From the human T2T-CHM13v2.0 reference genome, Homo sapiens: DNA of 64,000 nucleotides. Positions 44,735 to 59,272 of this stretch are shown piece by piece. Both the position numbers and the translations under genes were made by a program. The stretch lies in the NCBI RefSeq assembly GCF_009914755.1, contig NC_060928.1, one strand, 5' to 3'. Below the pieces are notes generated by a model. That model did not search any database. It saw only the letters and a program-made list of their open reading frames with translations, and was not told where the DNA came from. Position 1 is the stretch's first letter. Each line of letters opens with the position of its first letter.

Positions 44735-47700
44735 AAAAATGAATATAGAATGGGCAGACATTTGTAATACTACTGATTGCCCTTACCTTAATTCACATCA
44801 TCTCTATTGTTTGACTTTATAATGCTTTTTGAATGGCAGCCTTGAAAGATGAATCGACACATCAGAATTTTACAATGTAACTTTGAAGACTGCTAGGGAA
44901 CCTTAGGCAAGCAACTTCCTTTAGGACACTAAAAATGCTTGATGGGGTTTGGAACTGAGGTGCTTTGTGTTAGCTATTATTGTTAGTGATGATGGTTAGG
45001 TTTGTGATTATTTTGTTTAATAAGACTACTCAGGAATAAAAAGCTACCTTCAAATACCTTCCCACGTCCTCTCCAGTATTTTTTAAGATTAGACTTTATC
45101 CACCCTAAATTACATCTATATTGAATGGAAAACCAGGTGTTGGTATTTTCTGCACTAGTGGCTTAATGATAGTTTATTGAACTGTAATGCTTTGTAATTA
45201 GAATATTTCTAGTAAAAACAAAATGGGAGAGCCCAGAAATTGTAGTTCCCATCCAAAATTACAATAACATTATTTCTGTAATAGCAGAAGAGAAATTAGA
45301 ACGTCTTGAGGTAATAGCTCACATATTTAGAAGAAGAAATTTAAATATTGAAAGAACATACTCAAAAAAGGAGACGTTAGATCGGGTATTCAGAAACTTC
45401 AGCATGCTGTCAATAGATATAAAAATGCAATGACATTCATTTTTTGATCAATGAAATGAGAATTGTGCTGGCTAAACACTACATAAGATACGATAAAATA
45501 AAAGTTGGTAAGTTATAAATACTGTAAGTGCCTTGGGAGTGAGATATAAGGGCACATCATTTTTATTTAATTTCTAGTTAGTCTATGAGATTGAACTCTC
45601 AGTACTTATTTAAGGCCAGAAATTTAATTACAAAATAACTATAAGGTTACATTTTGATCTCAGGTTAAAAGAATAATATTAGAAGCATTAAAAATATTTT
45701 TGTGTTAATCAGCGTTTAGGAAAACAGCATGGTAAATTCCTGTGAAATTGATTTATACTTTCTTCATTTACCTCTAATATGAAATATATTTTATGTTTAG
45801 ATTTGCTTCCTTAGGATTGTGACTTGATTTTTCTCTTTGCTCAAAATTATCTGTGGGTGTATTATTCTTTGGGGATAGTGATGGTTAAGAAATGCTATTT
45901 GAAGCCTCACACTATTAGAAGAGTTAGTTACTAACATTTTCATGATAATATAATGAGTCATAGAAAATTTACATTGAGATTTATTGAATAAACTTGACAT
46001 ATTTAAACTGTTTGCCATAATTATGAGCCTAGTACCTGTATGCCACAACAGTATTTTAAAGTACTGTACTTTGCACCTTCTTCACTAAGAATTGATCTGA
46101 TAAATCCCTTTTTGCTAGATTGTGTCATGTCCATCTTTTTAATACCTTCCTTGTTCATTATTAAGTGCTGTTAGCCATACTGTCTAATGAAAGGTACATA
46201 ATATCAACTCTGATTACTGCTGTAATGTTTTCCAGGCATGCTTGGTGATGAGCCTGGCATACGAAACAATTTCCTACAGTAATAAAACTAATTAAAGTAG
46301 GCAGTCATCCACACAACACTTCCTAATGAATTATAATAAGCTCATTAATCTCATCTGTTCTTATTCCAAAAAGACCACTAATAGGACCTGTAGGTAAGAG
46401 TACAATCCTCAGCCTTAAAAATGGACAGCTATCATGAAATCAGACTTAAGGATTTAAGTTAAAAAATTACAAATTGCTAATCAATGTTGTAAATGAAATG
46501 TGTAACGTCTAAACTCTGCTCAGATTATTTATTGACAAGATCCTTTTCTATTTGAGTTCTCCTATAATTGATTTAGCAAAGGAAAAAAATGATTCATTGT
46601 AACATAATGACTCTTCACCACCTCAAAGATTACAATTGAATTAACCCTCTCACATATCCTCCTATATAGACCATATAAGAATCATGAATTGAGTACTTGA
46701 GATCAAGTGATAAAAATATAGCCTGTTTTCTCTCCACAGAGGGCTGGAGTATCTTCTTAAAATGTCAAAGTATAATAATAATTATTCTTTTGTTAACTCT
46801 TCTACAGCTTTGTGAGGTGCCTGATCAAACAATGTAACTAATTATTATTCCATTCAGGTACAGATAGTTTGGTAACATAGATGTATTGTTCTAGAAACAG
46901 TTTTACAGTAAAAGAGATAAGGTTGTAAAATATAAAACATGGAGAGACGATTTTTGAACTACAAATGTGAATAGTAAGAAAAGATCACTTTAAGGGGAAT
47001 TTTGTTTTATCTTCATTGTAAGTTGATGTTTTTTAAATGCAGCAGTTTCTGTTCTAAAGCTGATTACTACTGTGCCACATGTATGGACTTCTTTCCTTAG
47101 AAGTGACTTATAAATATGTAGATTTCACAATTAATGCAGAATAATGATAATGGGTTAATCGTAAATAGGAAGGTACATTTTTCACTTATGGAATGATCAT
47201 GTTCAAAATTGTTATCCACATTTATAAATTTTTAGCTAATATTTCATATTCTTTGTGGAGTAAGAGATTGGATATTTGGCACAGAGGATTTTCTTTTGTA
47301 AAACAGATATTTAAAAATATGACCACTTTGGTAGGTAGAGGTTTTCCTTAGCCTATCACTGAGGAAAATGTCTCCCAATCTAGAATCAACTATCTAGTTG
47401 CCATGTGTGTGAAGGAGAGTTGGTTCTGTGCTATGAACAATTAGGAGGCCTGACTTTGGCAAAGACTTCTCCATCATCTAGTTGTACGGCCTTGAGACAG
47501 CAGCTTACACAGCATGCAATGCATCTGTCTTTATAAAATGAGGGGGTTAGGCTAGAGCAGTGTATCCCCAAATATGGAAAGTACCAGATAGTAAATTTTA
47601 TGTTTTCAATAATTCTTGGATACAACAGTAAAACAATTGTACTGTATGAGGTAATGCAATTCCTCTTTTAAATTCCAATTCAATTCTCCTGAAATCAAGG

Positions 47701-48084
47701 AGGTAAGTTTTGTGCTGTAAGTCTGTAATACACTGGCAAATCTTACTTTTTGTTTTGACAAAGCAGGTAGATCACCTCATAGTTACTAAAAGACAAGGGA
47801 GATGTGTTGCTGAACAGAATAATTTTGAATTTAAGTCTTTTGGTTAAAAGAAGAAAATTTCTTGAAAGTTATCTCAAAGATAATAGAAGATTACACAAAA
47901 GTCTTAAGAAAATGTTCACAGCTCAAACTGACCTTGTTTTGAACACAAATCCTTATTTGAGAAAGTCTTGCTCCAATTAGTAGACTTAATTAATGTCACC
48001 TATTAAGGTAAGCTAGCTATCTATTGAATAAACTTTGGTAATAGACTTTAATGTTAATAGGAAACATGACTTATCATCATAATA

Positions 48085-48345
48085 TCCAACATTTGTTTAA
48101 TGCTTAACAACTAATGTTTGTTAAATGCTTGGAAGTCAGGTACTCCTAAATTCTTTACATGTATTAACACGTTAGTGTTCACCATATAGGTTAATGTTTA
48201 CAACAACCTTATTAAATAAGCACTAATATTTTCCCCATTTTACAAATGAGGAAACTGAAGTGCCAAGAGATTTGAGCAATTTGAGAAAGGTCAAACAGCT
48301 GGTAAATGACAAAGTTTTAAAAATTCTGTAAGTACCCAATACTCT
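48085..48345 (-). mobile_element. MIR
   Basis: ccccattttacaaatgaggaaactgaagtgccaagagatttgagcaatttg...aaggtcaaacagctggtaaatg. Confidence 0.8.
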
Positions 48346-48567
48346 ATGCATTTCTCTCTCTTATTGTTTCCTATCTCACCATCCCCAGTAATCCTTAGTT
48401 AACTTCATCCTCTCCATTCTCAACCATAAGCTTATATCTTTCAACATTATATTCGCAGTATCTGGCACAAGATAGGCACTCAGAAGGTATTTGTTGAAAT
48501 TCGTATGAATGATTAACTAATCAATGAATCTGTGCTATAAAACAGACAAATTAAAAATGCCTCTAAG

Positions 48568-48896
<329 letters not shown>

Positions 48897-49029
48897 TTAA
48901 GACCTCACACTTAGTACTTCCTATTTTCCTCCTTGACTTAGTTTTCTTCTGATCATCAATTATTAATCATGGATAATTTGAAAACTGTGCTTTCATGAAT
49001 ACTAGAAAACTGTGCTTTCATGTCAGAAT

Positions 49030-49490
49030 GTACAGGTTCAAATGAATATGCCATCACTTATCTCCATCTATATACTTAACTGTGTGACTTTGAAAAATGT
49101 ATTTAACTTTCTCAGTTTCAGTTTTATTATCTGTACAATATAGATATTAATATCTATTGTATATAGCCAGCAGGACTGTTGTATTAACTACTTTAAACAC
49201 ATTAAAGTGTGTTTAAAACCACCAAGAATTTTCAGCGTATTGTACATGTGTTATGAGGCAATATAACATCATATTGAAATAGCTAGAAATTAAAGCCAAA
49301 CAGTCCAACTATTGCTGAAGAGTTCTGGGAGATTAGGTAAAATGTTTACACATCTAAAGCATTAATGTCTCAATGCTTAATCACAAAATACAAGTTCCTA
49401 ACTCAGGGCAATTTTAAGGGCTAGATTTGATAATATGTTCAGAGTGCCTGGCATACAGTTAAAACCAAATAAATATTTGTTGATCTTGTT
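49030..49490 (+). mobile_element. MIR fragments
   Basis: ctgtgtgactttgaaaaatgtatttaactttctcagtttcagttttattatctgtacaat; agagtgcctggcatacagt. Confidence 0.6.
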
Positions 49491-51132
49491 TGTCATAGTG
49501 TTCCTTTTCAAAAAAAAAATGTTTTCTTATTCATTTGGTTTAATATCTGGGGAAATAAAAGACTCAATACTGAATACATTTCCTAGACTATTTTCCTGGA
49601 GTTCTCTCAAAAACATAACCACTATTTTTGCCTGTAACCAAATAACTCAGATTATATTATCTTGAACACCGTGCTGCTTAAAGCTATGATTGCAAGTAGT
49701 AGAAAATTTAGGACTAACAAAGCTAATTTGTTGAGTCTGTATTTTACACATCAGTGGCAATTGGAAGACTATGATAGGAAGAAGATTTAAACTCTATCCT
49801 TGTATTCACAACTCCCTAAATAGAAAGAAATGGAATTCAAGCATTCAAAAAATTTACTGGAGAAGATTAATTTGAAAATAGAATGTGCATGAGTGCATGG
49901 ATAGATGTATCTCTTCTTGGATGACTGCAAGTAAGCCTTGCTATGAAAATATCTAAGAAGCAAAATTTATTGTAAATAAGTTTTCCATTAAATGGCAGTA
50001 TCTTATTGGGAATGCATTTCTTAAAAAAAAAAAAAAAAACACAAAAAGAAACCCATACACTAACATATTTTTTAAAAAAATCTATCATTCTGCAAACCAA
50101 CACTTCAGAGATTACACATTTTTTTCTACATCTTGCCATGTGCTTGTGGAGCAAACATTTTTTTGCAGTGAAGCAAATGAACTACATGTGGGATACCATG
50201 TTTAAACTAGAAGGCACCCTGCATCCCTCAAGATTCCCAATTCCTTAGAGATAAGGGATAGAGATTGTTGGTTGACTTAAAAAAAAAAACTCTTTATTAA
50301 CTCTAACATTAAACCATATTGAATTAATTTACTATGATTTATTTCAAAACCAGATGTGTTGATAACTTGGTAAAAATTGCTTCAGACAGTATCTGAGCAT
50401 TTTCCCAGAGTACTAAGGAGCAAATCTATAATTCAGGGCCACTACTATCATCCTAGTTAAATATACTTTATCTCCTTCTTCTAATCCTAGTTGGTATTCT
50501 CACTTCCTCTCTTCCAACCTTAACTACTCGTCTTATTTCCCTCAATGGATCTTCCTTTCAGATTTATGCAAATATTATGTCATATCCCTGTTAAAAACCC
50601 TTTACTGCTTCATTCATTCTCTGTATTCTTAAGATAAAGTCTAAGAAGCACAAATGATATGACTTATTTTCCAGTATTTCAAGTGCCATTCAATCCAATT
50701 GTGCTTTGATATTTCATCTATACTAAATATCTTTTATTTCTTTGAAATTTCTGTGTTCTCTTTTACATATTCAGGTGTTTTCTTCCTCTTTTTCTGTGGT
50801 AAAATCTTACTCATGCTTCTTATTTCAAGGTATACATTACTTCTTCAAAAAAGACTGGGCTAGGTTTTCCTGGAATCTAATAATTATCTTACATAACGTT
50901 CATCATACTTAAAAAAAAAAAAATCTGCGTCTTGTGCAATTTGAATCTGTCCCTAGCACCATTTTATGTGCTGCTGCATTCTCAGCTCTTTCTTTTCCCA
51001 ATGGTTAGCATTTAACATTCACTTATTCCTAAATGCTTTACTGAATGAAAGTTAAAGTAATGTGTGTTATGAGTTCAAGCTCACACCAGACGTTCCTCAT
51101 GGGTTATGCATGTATCCTTACAATTTCAGATT

Positions 51133-51625
51133 CTGTAGCAGTCACCTTGGTGATCCCCTCCCCACACAGACATTCTTCCTTGACACTGAGCCCACGAGCT
51201 GAAAAATACCTGATATTTTTTTGAAGCTACGGCTTAGACATGTGACCCAATCCTGGCCAATGGACCAGAGGAAAAAACTGGATGAAAAGTATACTTGTGA
51301 GGAGAAAATGTCTTTCCCCCTATTAAATACAGTTGACTGAGAACATGCTTTTTGGATCTGTATTTGCCTTCCAACAACTCTGAAGAATCAAATCTGAAAA
51401 CCAACGCCAATCCTGTGCAGATGGGTGAAAATAAAATATATGATATGTGGGCCTTTGATGATTTAAATTATTCTTTAAATAATTCTTGTGCTGCTGAATT
51501 AACCGAGCCTGGAACCACTTACCTCTAGTCACCTTGTTATATAAGATAATACATATAGGTTCTATTTCAGCCACTTATAAGTAGGTATCTTTTTATTTAC
51601 TGTCAAAAGAACCCTCACTGATATA
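51133..51625 (+). mobile_element. Old MaLR LTR (MLT1K/L-like)
   Basis: catgtgacccaatcctggccaatg...agcctggaaccacttacctctag...tcaaaagaaccctcactgatata. Confidence 0.55.
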
Positions 51626-52332
51626 GATGCCCTCAGGACTTGACCCTCCCTGAGTTCCTGTTAGGCAGTTAAGGTAATCATCTGTTGGATTAGGGAAGCC
51701 TAGCTTATTTACTTCTCAGTGTGGACAAGTTTGGTCTTTAACTTGTATGCTCTTGTTTTCCAAAAAGGAGATAGACCAGAATCCTAAAAAAGTAAGTCTA
51801 AACATTGGTGTCCTTTTACGCTTCCCATCTAAATTATCTTTAAGAACATTTAAGTTTCATTGATGATCCCCAAAATAATTCAAGCAAAATGCTGAGTTGG
51901 TAGAATATAAGGACTGTTATTTATTTTTATTGTTTTTACAGACCACATACCCTAGGGAATTCTGAAAACCTGACTAACATCAATTGAAGATTGGGGTTCA
52001 GGAGGCCTAGATGATCCACCATGACTTATTCAAAAGTTGAAGATGAAAGGAAAGAATAAAGACTCTTTTCATCCAGTTCTCTAGTCTGAAAGGAAAAGAA
52101 ATAGGCAAAGGACAGTAGGCTTTTCTATATCATTATATTCATTCAAATGATTCTCTTAAAATAATAATGAACTAAGGAGGCTCTGTAAGCAAGACAAACG
52201 GTCAGGAGGCCTCCTTGCTCCAAGAATACTCCCTTTTTACTTTATTAAAATGGTTTGTAAAGGTAAACTAAATTGACTAAAGTATCAATATTTCCATATA
52301 TGCGTGATCTTTTAGAGACCATAAACTGTCAG

Positions 52333-52733
52333 TGTATTAGGCTGTTCTTGCATGGCTATAAAGAAATACCTGAGACTAGGTGATTTATAAGAAAAGGGGT
52401 ATAATTGGCCCACAGTTCTGCAGTCTGTACAGGAAGCATAGTAGCATGTGCTTCTGGGGAGGCCTCAGGAAGCTTCCAATCGTGGCGGAAGGCAAAGGGA
52501 AGCAGGCACATTGCATGGTGAGAACAGAAACAAGAACAAGGAAGGGTGGCTGGGAGGCGCCACATAATTTTAAATTACCAGATCTCACAAGAACTCACTA
52601 TCCGGAAGACAGCACCCAGCCATGAGGGATCCACCCTCATGATCCAAACACCTCCCACCAAGCCCCACCTCCAGCACTGGGGATCACAACTCGACATGAG
52701 ATTTGAGCAGAGACAAATTTCCAAACTATATCA
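52333..52733 (-). mobile_element. MSTA/MSTB MaLR solo LTR
   Basis: tgtattaggctgttcttgcat...ccaaactatatca; TSD gtcag/ctcag. Confidence 0.9.
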
Positions 52734-53814
52734 CTCAGAATCTGGAATAGAAAGAGTATGCACCATAACACTTTTATTCTCTACAGAAACAGACACTGTG
52801 CTGAGCTCAAAAAATAGTGATTCATCAAATATGAATGTGCAAACCTCTTTTGTACTGTATCTGTGGAATCCTGGTTACTGGGGCTTTGAGCCCCTGTCCC
52901 ATAAAATCTCTGTAATACTAACCTAACTCATGGCATTTCTTTAAAATCAAATTTAATGAAATGATGGACATAAAGCCCATGGAACTGAGTGTGTAATCTT
53001 CTCTTATTTGATTAGATGTTAAACTTGAAACACTTTTTTTTGATAAAATATGAAATACATAAATGAGTTAAATTGTTGTGACTTTCCTTATAAGATTGAA
53101 AACAATAAGGTGTTTTTAATACTTTTTTTCTGTGTTCTCTTGAAAGTAGCTTTACATGTATTAAGCAATCTTGGCTTTAGATATTAGGGACAATAAAAAT
53201 TTCTGCAATTTTCCCAGTTTTATATAGCCATTGTTTGCAAGTATGAAATCCTGTCTTTTGTTACTGAAATATTATCTTTTATTTTGGCTTTTTTGATAAC
53301 TTTTATGTTTGCCTTGAGCAAGTCACTTATCTTTTCTATTTGTGTTTTCTATTTCAGTTTATTTATGAAAGACAGTAATAATGATTGTGATGTACCTTAC
53401 AAAAAAAGATAAAATCGTATTGAAGAGACTGTTGAATATGAACGCAGTGTATTAAATGCCCGATATAGGAACAAAAATAAAATGAAGAACATTTCTATTA
53501 TAAAGTATTTTCCTAAATAGATTTAGTACTGTGAAAGGCAGTAAAATTATTTCCTGATAAACACTTTCTTGAGTATTCAAGGATTAATTGCCCAGGATAA
53601 GAAAAAATCCAGTCTTGATTATATTGCATATTTCCTGGTCGGCCTTCACTGAATAGTTAATTAGAATACCACCAGGAGGCGTCTTCTTGGGTCATAGATG
53701 GAATATATTTGTGGGCAAAAAATATTTTTCCTTAAGGAATTTGTAGACTAATCTAAGGAAATAAAAATCAATTTTAACTTCAAATTTCAGCCTAATTAGA
53801 AGACAGTAGATCAC

Positions 53815-54150
53815 TCACACATTCATTCATTCATTCAATTAATATTTATTGAACTCCTTCTCTGTGAAAATTATTGGACTAGATGATTTGAGACGTACAA
53901 TGACAAAATATGACTTCTATCCTCAGTTCTTATCGTTAATAGGGAAGTGAAGAAATATATTTAAAAAACTCTATTAAGGCTTTTTTAGTGGGTGTTGAAA
54001 CAAAGGCAGGGAAAGCAGTTATGAATATTTCTAACCAGATATAAAGGCAGTGGCAATGGGAATTTAAGGAAATGAATGAATTAAAATAATTTTCGGTGAA
54101 AAAGGGGATTGTTTGTCAGCTGGATATGGAATGTTGGGAGAAGGTGAGAA
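53815..54150 (-). mobile_element. L2 3' end fragment
   Basis: cattcattcattcattcaattaatatttattgaactc reverse L2 tail. Confidence 0.65.
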
Positions 54151-54169
54151 GTCAAGGACAGGGATTTCT

Positions 54170-54449
<280 letters not shown>

Positions 54450-54450
54450 G

Positions 54451-54660
54451 TTTTGAGACGGAGTCTCGCTCTGCCGCGCAGGCTGGAGTGCAGTGGTGCA
54501 ATTTTGGCTCACTGCAACACTGTAACCTCTGCCTCCCTGGTTCAAGTAATTCTCCTGCCTCAGCCTCCCGAGTAGCTAGGATTACGGGCATAGGCCACCA
54601 TGCCTGGCTAATTTTTCTATTTTTAGTAGAGATGGGGTTTCACCATATTGGCCAGGCTGG
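54451..54660 (-). mobile_element. AluS, 5'-truncated
   Basis: ttcaagtaattctcc...ttcaccatattggccaggctgg; 9-bp TSD gggatttct at 54161-54169 and 54661-54669 brackets both Alus. Confidence 0.9.
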
Positions 54661-54669
54661 GGGATTTCT

Positions 54670-55490
54670 GGTTTCTTCTCTAAAAGCTAAAAAGCTTGGA
54701 AGGCATTACTCCTTCCAAGCTTATTTATTCCTTAAAATAAGAAAAATTTGAACAAACTGAAAATCAACAATATTTCTTGGGCTCATCAGATAAATTAGGA
54801 CATAAAACTAACTGCTACTCCCAAATCTAGAAAGGCAGGCGATTATAGAGAAAAGCAGCTAAGATCCGTTTAACTGCAGCAGAAGTCACTGAAACCATAA
54901 ACTGGTAGGGACACTTAAATGGTAATTCCGATGAAGATCTGACTGAATGCTGAGTGTGGACTAGCTTGAGAGTAAGAAACTCCTGGGGATCACATTCTTA
55001 GGGAATCCCGCACACTTTGATGACTCTCACCTCTAGGGATCCCATCAGGTTCTTACGGTAAGGAACTAAGAAAAAGCACCTTTTGTCTTTGTCAGGGATG
55101 GGGAAAAGTAACCATCTGAAATATGCCTAGAGAATTCTCTATACATAAGCCTCTTCCAAGGAGAAAAAACTTTACTAGTCAAATATTTATCTCACCAAGG
55201 AGAAAGAATTCTTACTGAATTCCAGGCCTCTCTAACCTTTCTGTCCACATTACATAGAAGAAATAAAACTGTGATGGTTAATTTTATAATATGTGCCAAT
55301 TTAATACACTAAGAAAGACACAGCCCAGGGATACAGGCCCACTTAAGACCAGCTGTAATTGTAAGATTATAGAATGTTTTCCCTCCCCAACTTTTTAACA
55401 CCACATCAACAGGACTCCAGTATAATAAGTGAATTATAGCCGAGAGAGCTGGAAAGCACATGCTGCAACTTAGAAAAAAAAAGAAAAAAA
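54670..55490 (+). mobile_element. Ancient L1 (L1M4/L1MD-like) 5' UTR fragment
   Basis: gaacaaactgaaaatcaacaa...catcaga...cccaaatctagaaaggcagg...aactggtagggacacttaaatggtaatt. Confidence 0.6.
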
Positions 55491-56154
55491 ACTCATTAAT
55501 ACAAGAATGAGAGTCAGGAATAGTAGTCAGAATCACAGAATTTTTGTTGCTATTTGTTGTCATTACATTTATTTATTGAAAGGTAAAATATTAAGCCAGT
55601 TTAAAGACTGAGATAAATAGGAGAGAGTAAATAAGCTAAAAGTTACTCCAAATTAGAGGACTTTCCTTATGTAGTAGCATTCTGAGTGAAGAAGTGCTCA
55701 ACCTTGCCCATGCTGTTCCTCGTTTCATATGCACGTGACTAGCTGAATAATTCTTGAAAAACCTGTCTTTTCCCCATCATCCTGGATAATGGAAAGTGTT
55801 CTCCATATGAAGACAATTTATAGCACACTGTGATTATAATAACAAATAGCATACCAGTTATCATAAATGCATATGCTGATTTTATATATTTTGGTAATCA
55901 TTCCTTTATTCAACTGATTTTCAATAACAGTGTGTTCCAAAAGTGAGGTTACAAGGATGAAAATGATGTGTTCTAATTCACATCTCTAGTTGGTTTTGAT
56001 AAGCCTGGAGCTGTGGAATGAGAAGGAGTGGGAGGGGACTATAAATCTTTGAAATGCTTCCCAGATGATTTAGAAAAAATTTACTTCCACACCCTACTGA
56101 AAACTACCTATCTAGTTTGTTATGCATATACCTCAGTATCCATATATTTCACTA

Positions 56155-56865
<711 letters not shown>

Positions 56866-58143
56866 TAGTTTTCTTGTTATTATGTTATAATCCTGTGACT
56901 TGACTGGCTCTCTTTTTAAGATGCTAGATGTTGTGCAGCTGGATAAAGTTCAAGTGGCAATGGAAGAACAGGAATCATATTTACATTGATAATCAAAGTG
57001 AATAGAAAAGTCTATTACTTTCAAGATAATATAATACCATTAAAGTGCAAATCTCTCAATGTGACAAATTCTGAAAAATACAGTTTCTATGTTCGAGCAA
57101 AATAATTTGACAATTATTGACAGAAATAAGGTACCATTTACCTTTATGAAATGTTAGTTTCTAAATAAATCTCAATCCAATGCCAATTCAAACTATACGT
57201 TTAATTTGTATGTTTTAATAAGTTGTCAATTTTTTTTTTACAATGTTAACATTTTAGTAGATTTTACGGTAACATCTTTTTGAACTGTGACTGTGTTTTT
57301 TAACTTAATGAACAAAATGAGTATTGCTTTTCTACTTGTAAAGTGTTATTAATATCCAAAGGATTAACAAATGCCATTTTTTTCTGCAATTGCTTGCTAT
57401 TTAGGCTTTTTCATCAACATTTGTTATGTAGCAAATACTCATATAGTTTGCATTTTGTGGAGCTGAGAGGTACTTATGTAAAATTGTTTCCAAACTTTAC
57501 CTTCTCCCTATTTTCTAAAACAAATTTCTGGCCTGGTCGACTTCAATTCTTTTACTCCGTAGCTACAGTCTGAATGGGGCTGAGGGGGATTCTTCTTTGT
57601 CAGATACTTTCTCAAGGGCTTTCATAATGCAGAATCAAAAGGAAAGCTGGGCAGATAGAAAGACGATGGCTCCTAAGCAATGTTCTGTAGGGCACGTGGA
57701 AGTGCAACTGAAGTGATTCAAGGAAACTGATAGAGGAGAAAAGGGCAATATTAGAAACTACTGTGGTGAACTATGTGTTCTAATAATGATGTTCAAGATA
57801 TACAAATGAAGATCTTCAGTTGTTGTGAATTTTCTTTTTTGGTCTGAATATTTTCTTTGGAACACAGTATTACTCAGAAACTATAACATGGTTCCAATAG
57901 GTTATATGATTACTAAATATCTCTTAATAAATATTTTATTTCCCAGATAATGTATTTTTTCTAGTACTTAGAGCCTTTAATACTGTAATCATTTTACTCA
58001 AAGTTTAGAAATTAAAAAAATTAAATCACACATAAATCTAAAACTCTAGTAAAATAATTGTCATAATTTTGCATATTTTCAGGTTTTTCATTTAAAATTC
58101 CATTTACAAACAAAGTGTATTTTCCATTTACCACATGGACTTT

Positions 58144-58913
58144 TGTGTACAGAAAATCTCTCTGTTTTTCCTCTACTCTCATACCACAGCGATCAACAAT
58201 GAAGACATCTGTGACCAAATGTGTCTGTATGGTGGGAGGGTTCCCCACACAGAGCAGCAGACACCAGCTGGGTATCCTCTAATGCAATTCTGATGCTATC
58301 TTCCTGAAGATACTGTCAGATCCAATAGATTGGGGGCTCATTCCCCAAGAGTCCTCTTCAGACATCAATTGCAAGTCTGGCCCTCTGAACATCTGAGTGA
58401 CCAGCTTCAAGCTGAGGTTTCTATAACCCCATTTTTGTGTTGGATTAACTTTCTGGAGTGGCTCACAGAACTCAGGGAATCACTAACTTAATTTACCAGT
58501 TTATTATAAAGAATATTCCAAAGGATACAGATGAAGTGACCATAGAGTGAGGTATGGGGGAAGGGACACAGAGCTTCCTTGCCCACCCTGGGCACGCCTC
58601 CTTCTAGGAACTCTACACCTTCATTCAGATATCCTAAAGCTCTTAGAACTTAGTTCTCTTGGATTTTTATGGAAGCATTCCTTCCTCCAGGATATGAGGT
58701 GGGACCCTCTCAGGGGAAGGACTTAACACAATTAGAAAAGCAGGGGAAGATTAGAGTCCTGCCCCAAGAAAGAAAGGAGAGAGATTCTGTTTCCTGAGGC
58801 CTTTCCCTGAGATCTAATGCACCCATTATAACAAAAGACTGTAGCAAAGGCCACGGAGTTATGAGCCAGGAACTGTGGATGAAAACCAATATATATTCAA
58901 TCATAACACTACA
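58144..58913 (-). mobile_element. MER21A-like LTR
   Basis: ttccccacac...gacaccagctgggtatcctctaat...ggctcacagaactcaggga...ggagttatgagccaggaactgtggatgaaaaccaatatat. Confidence 0.7.
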
Positions 58914-59248
58914 ACTTTGTGACTATTTTTTTGAATGCATAATTTTCAGTGAAAACATTTACTATCATTGAATAACAATTTTTTAATTGTTGTTTACTTA
59001 GGTTGCTTTCAACATTTAGACATTACAATGCTGGTTATCTGTCATGTGGCCTCTAGTTTTCAGTCTTCAAAGATGTTTTCTTTTAATTAATAAGGCACAG
59101 ATGGAATGGAGATCGAGTATGTGTAGCAGGGTATTTATTCAAATTTTTTCCCATGTCTGGAGGTGATACTTCTCTTACAACTTGATTATGTGTGAAAAGG
59201 AATTTGAACAATTGTATGTCTCCATGAACTTCATCATGTACTGATTAG

Positions 59249-59272
59249 AGGTCAAAGTGACCTTGACCTTGA
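59249..59272. promoter_or_regulatory. Perfect estrogen response element overlapping two TCAAGGTCA (ERR-type) sites; motif only
   Basis: AGGTCA-aag-TGACCT (59249-59263) followed by TGACCT-TGA; function not shown. Confidence 0.5.

Noticed and set aside
45188-45433. About 80 stop-free codons on + (…KWESPEIVVPIQNYNN…)
   Set aside because: No ATG near its start and no recognised homology; several runs of this length are expected by chance in 64 kb
58056-58081. Gapped match aattgtcataattt/tgcatattttca to 34645-34682
   Set aside because: Short, AT-rich and needs a gap; cannot be separated from chance without statistics
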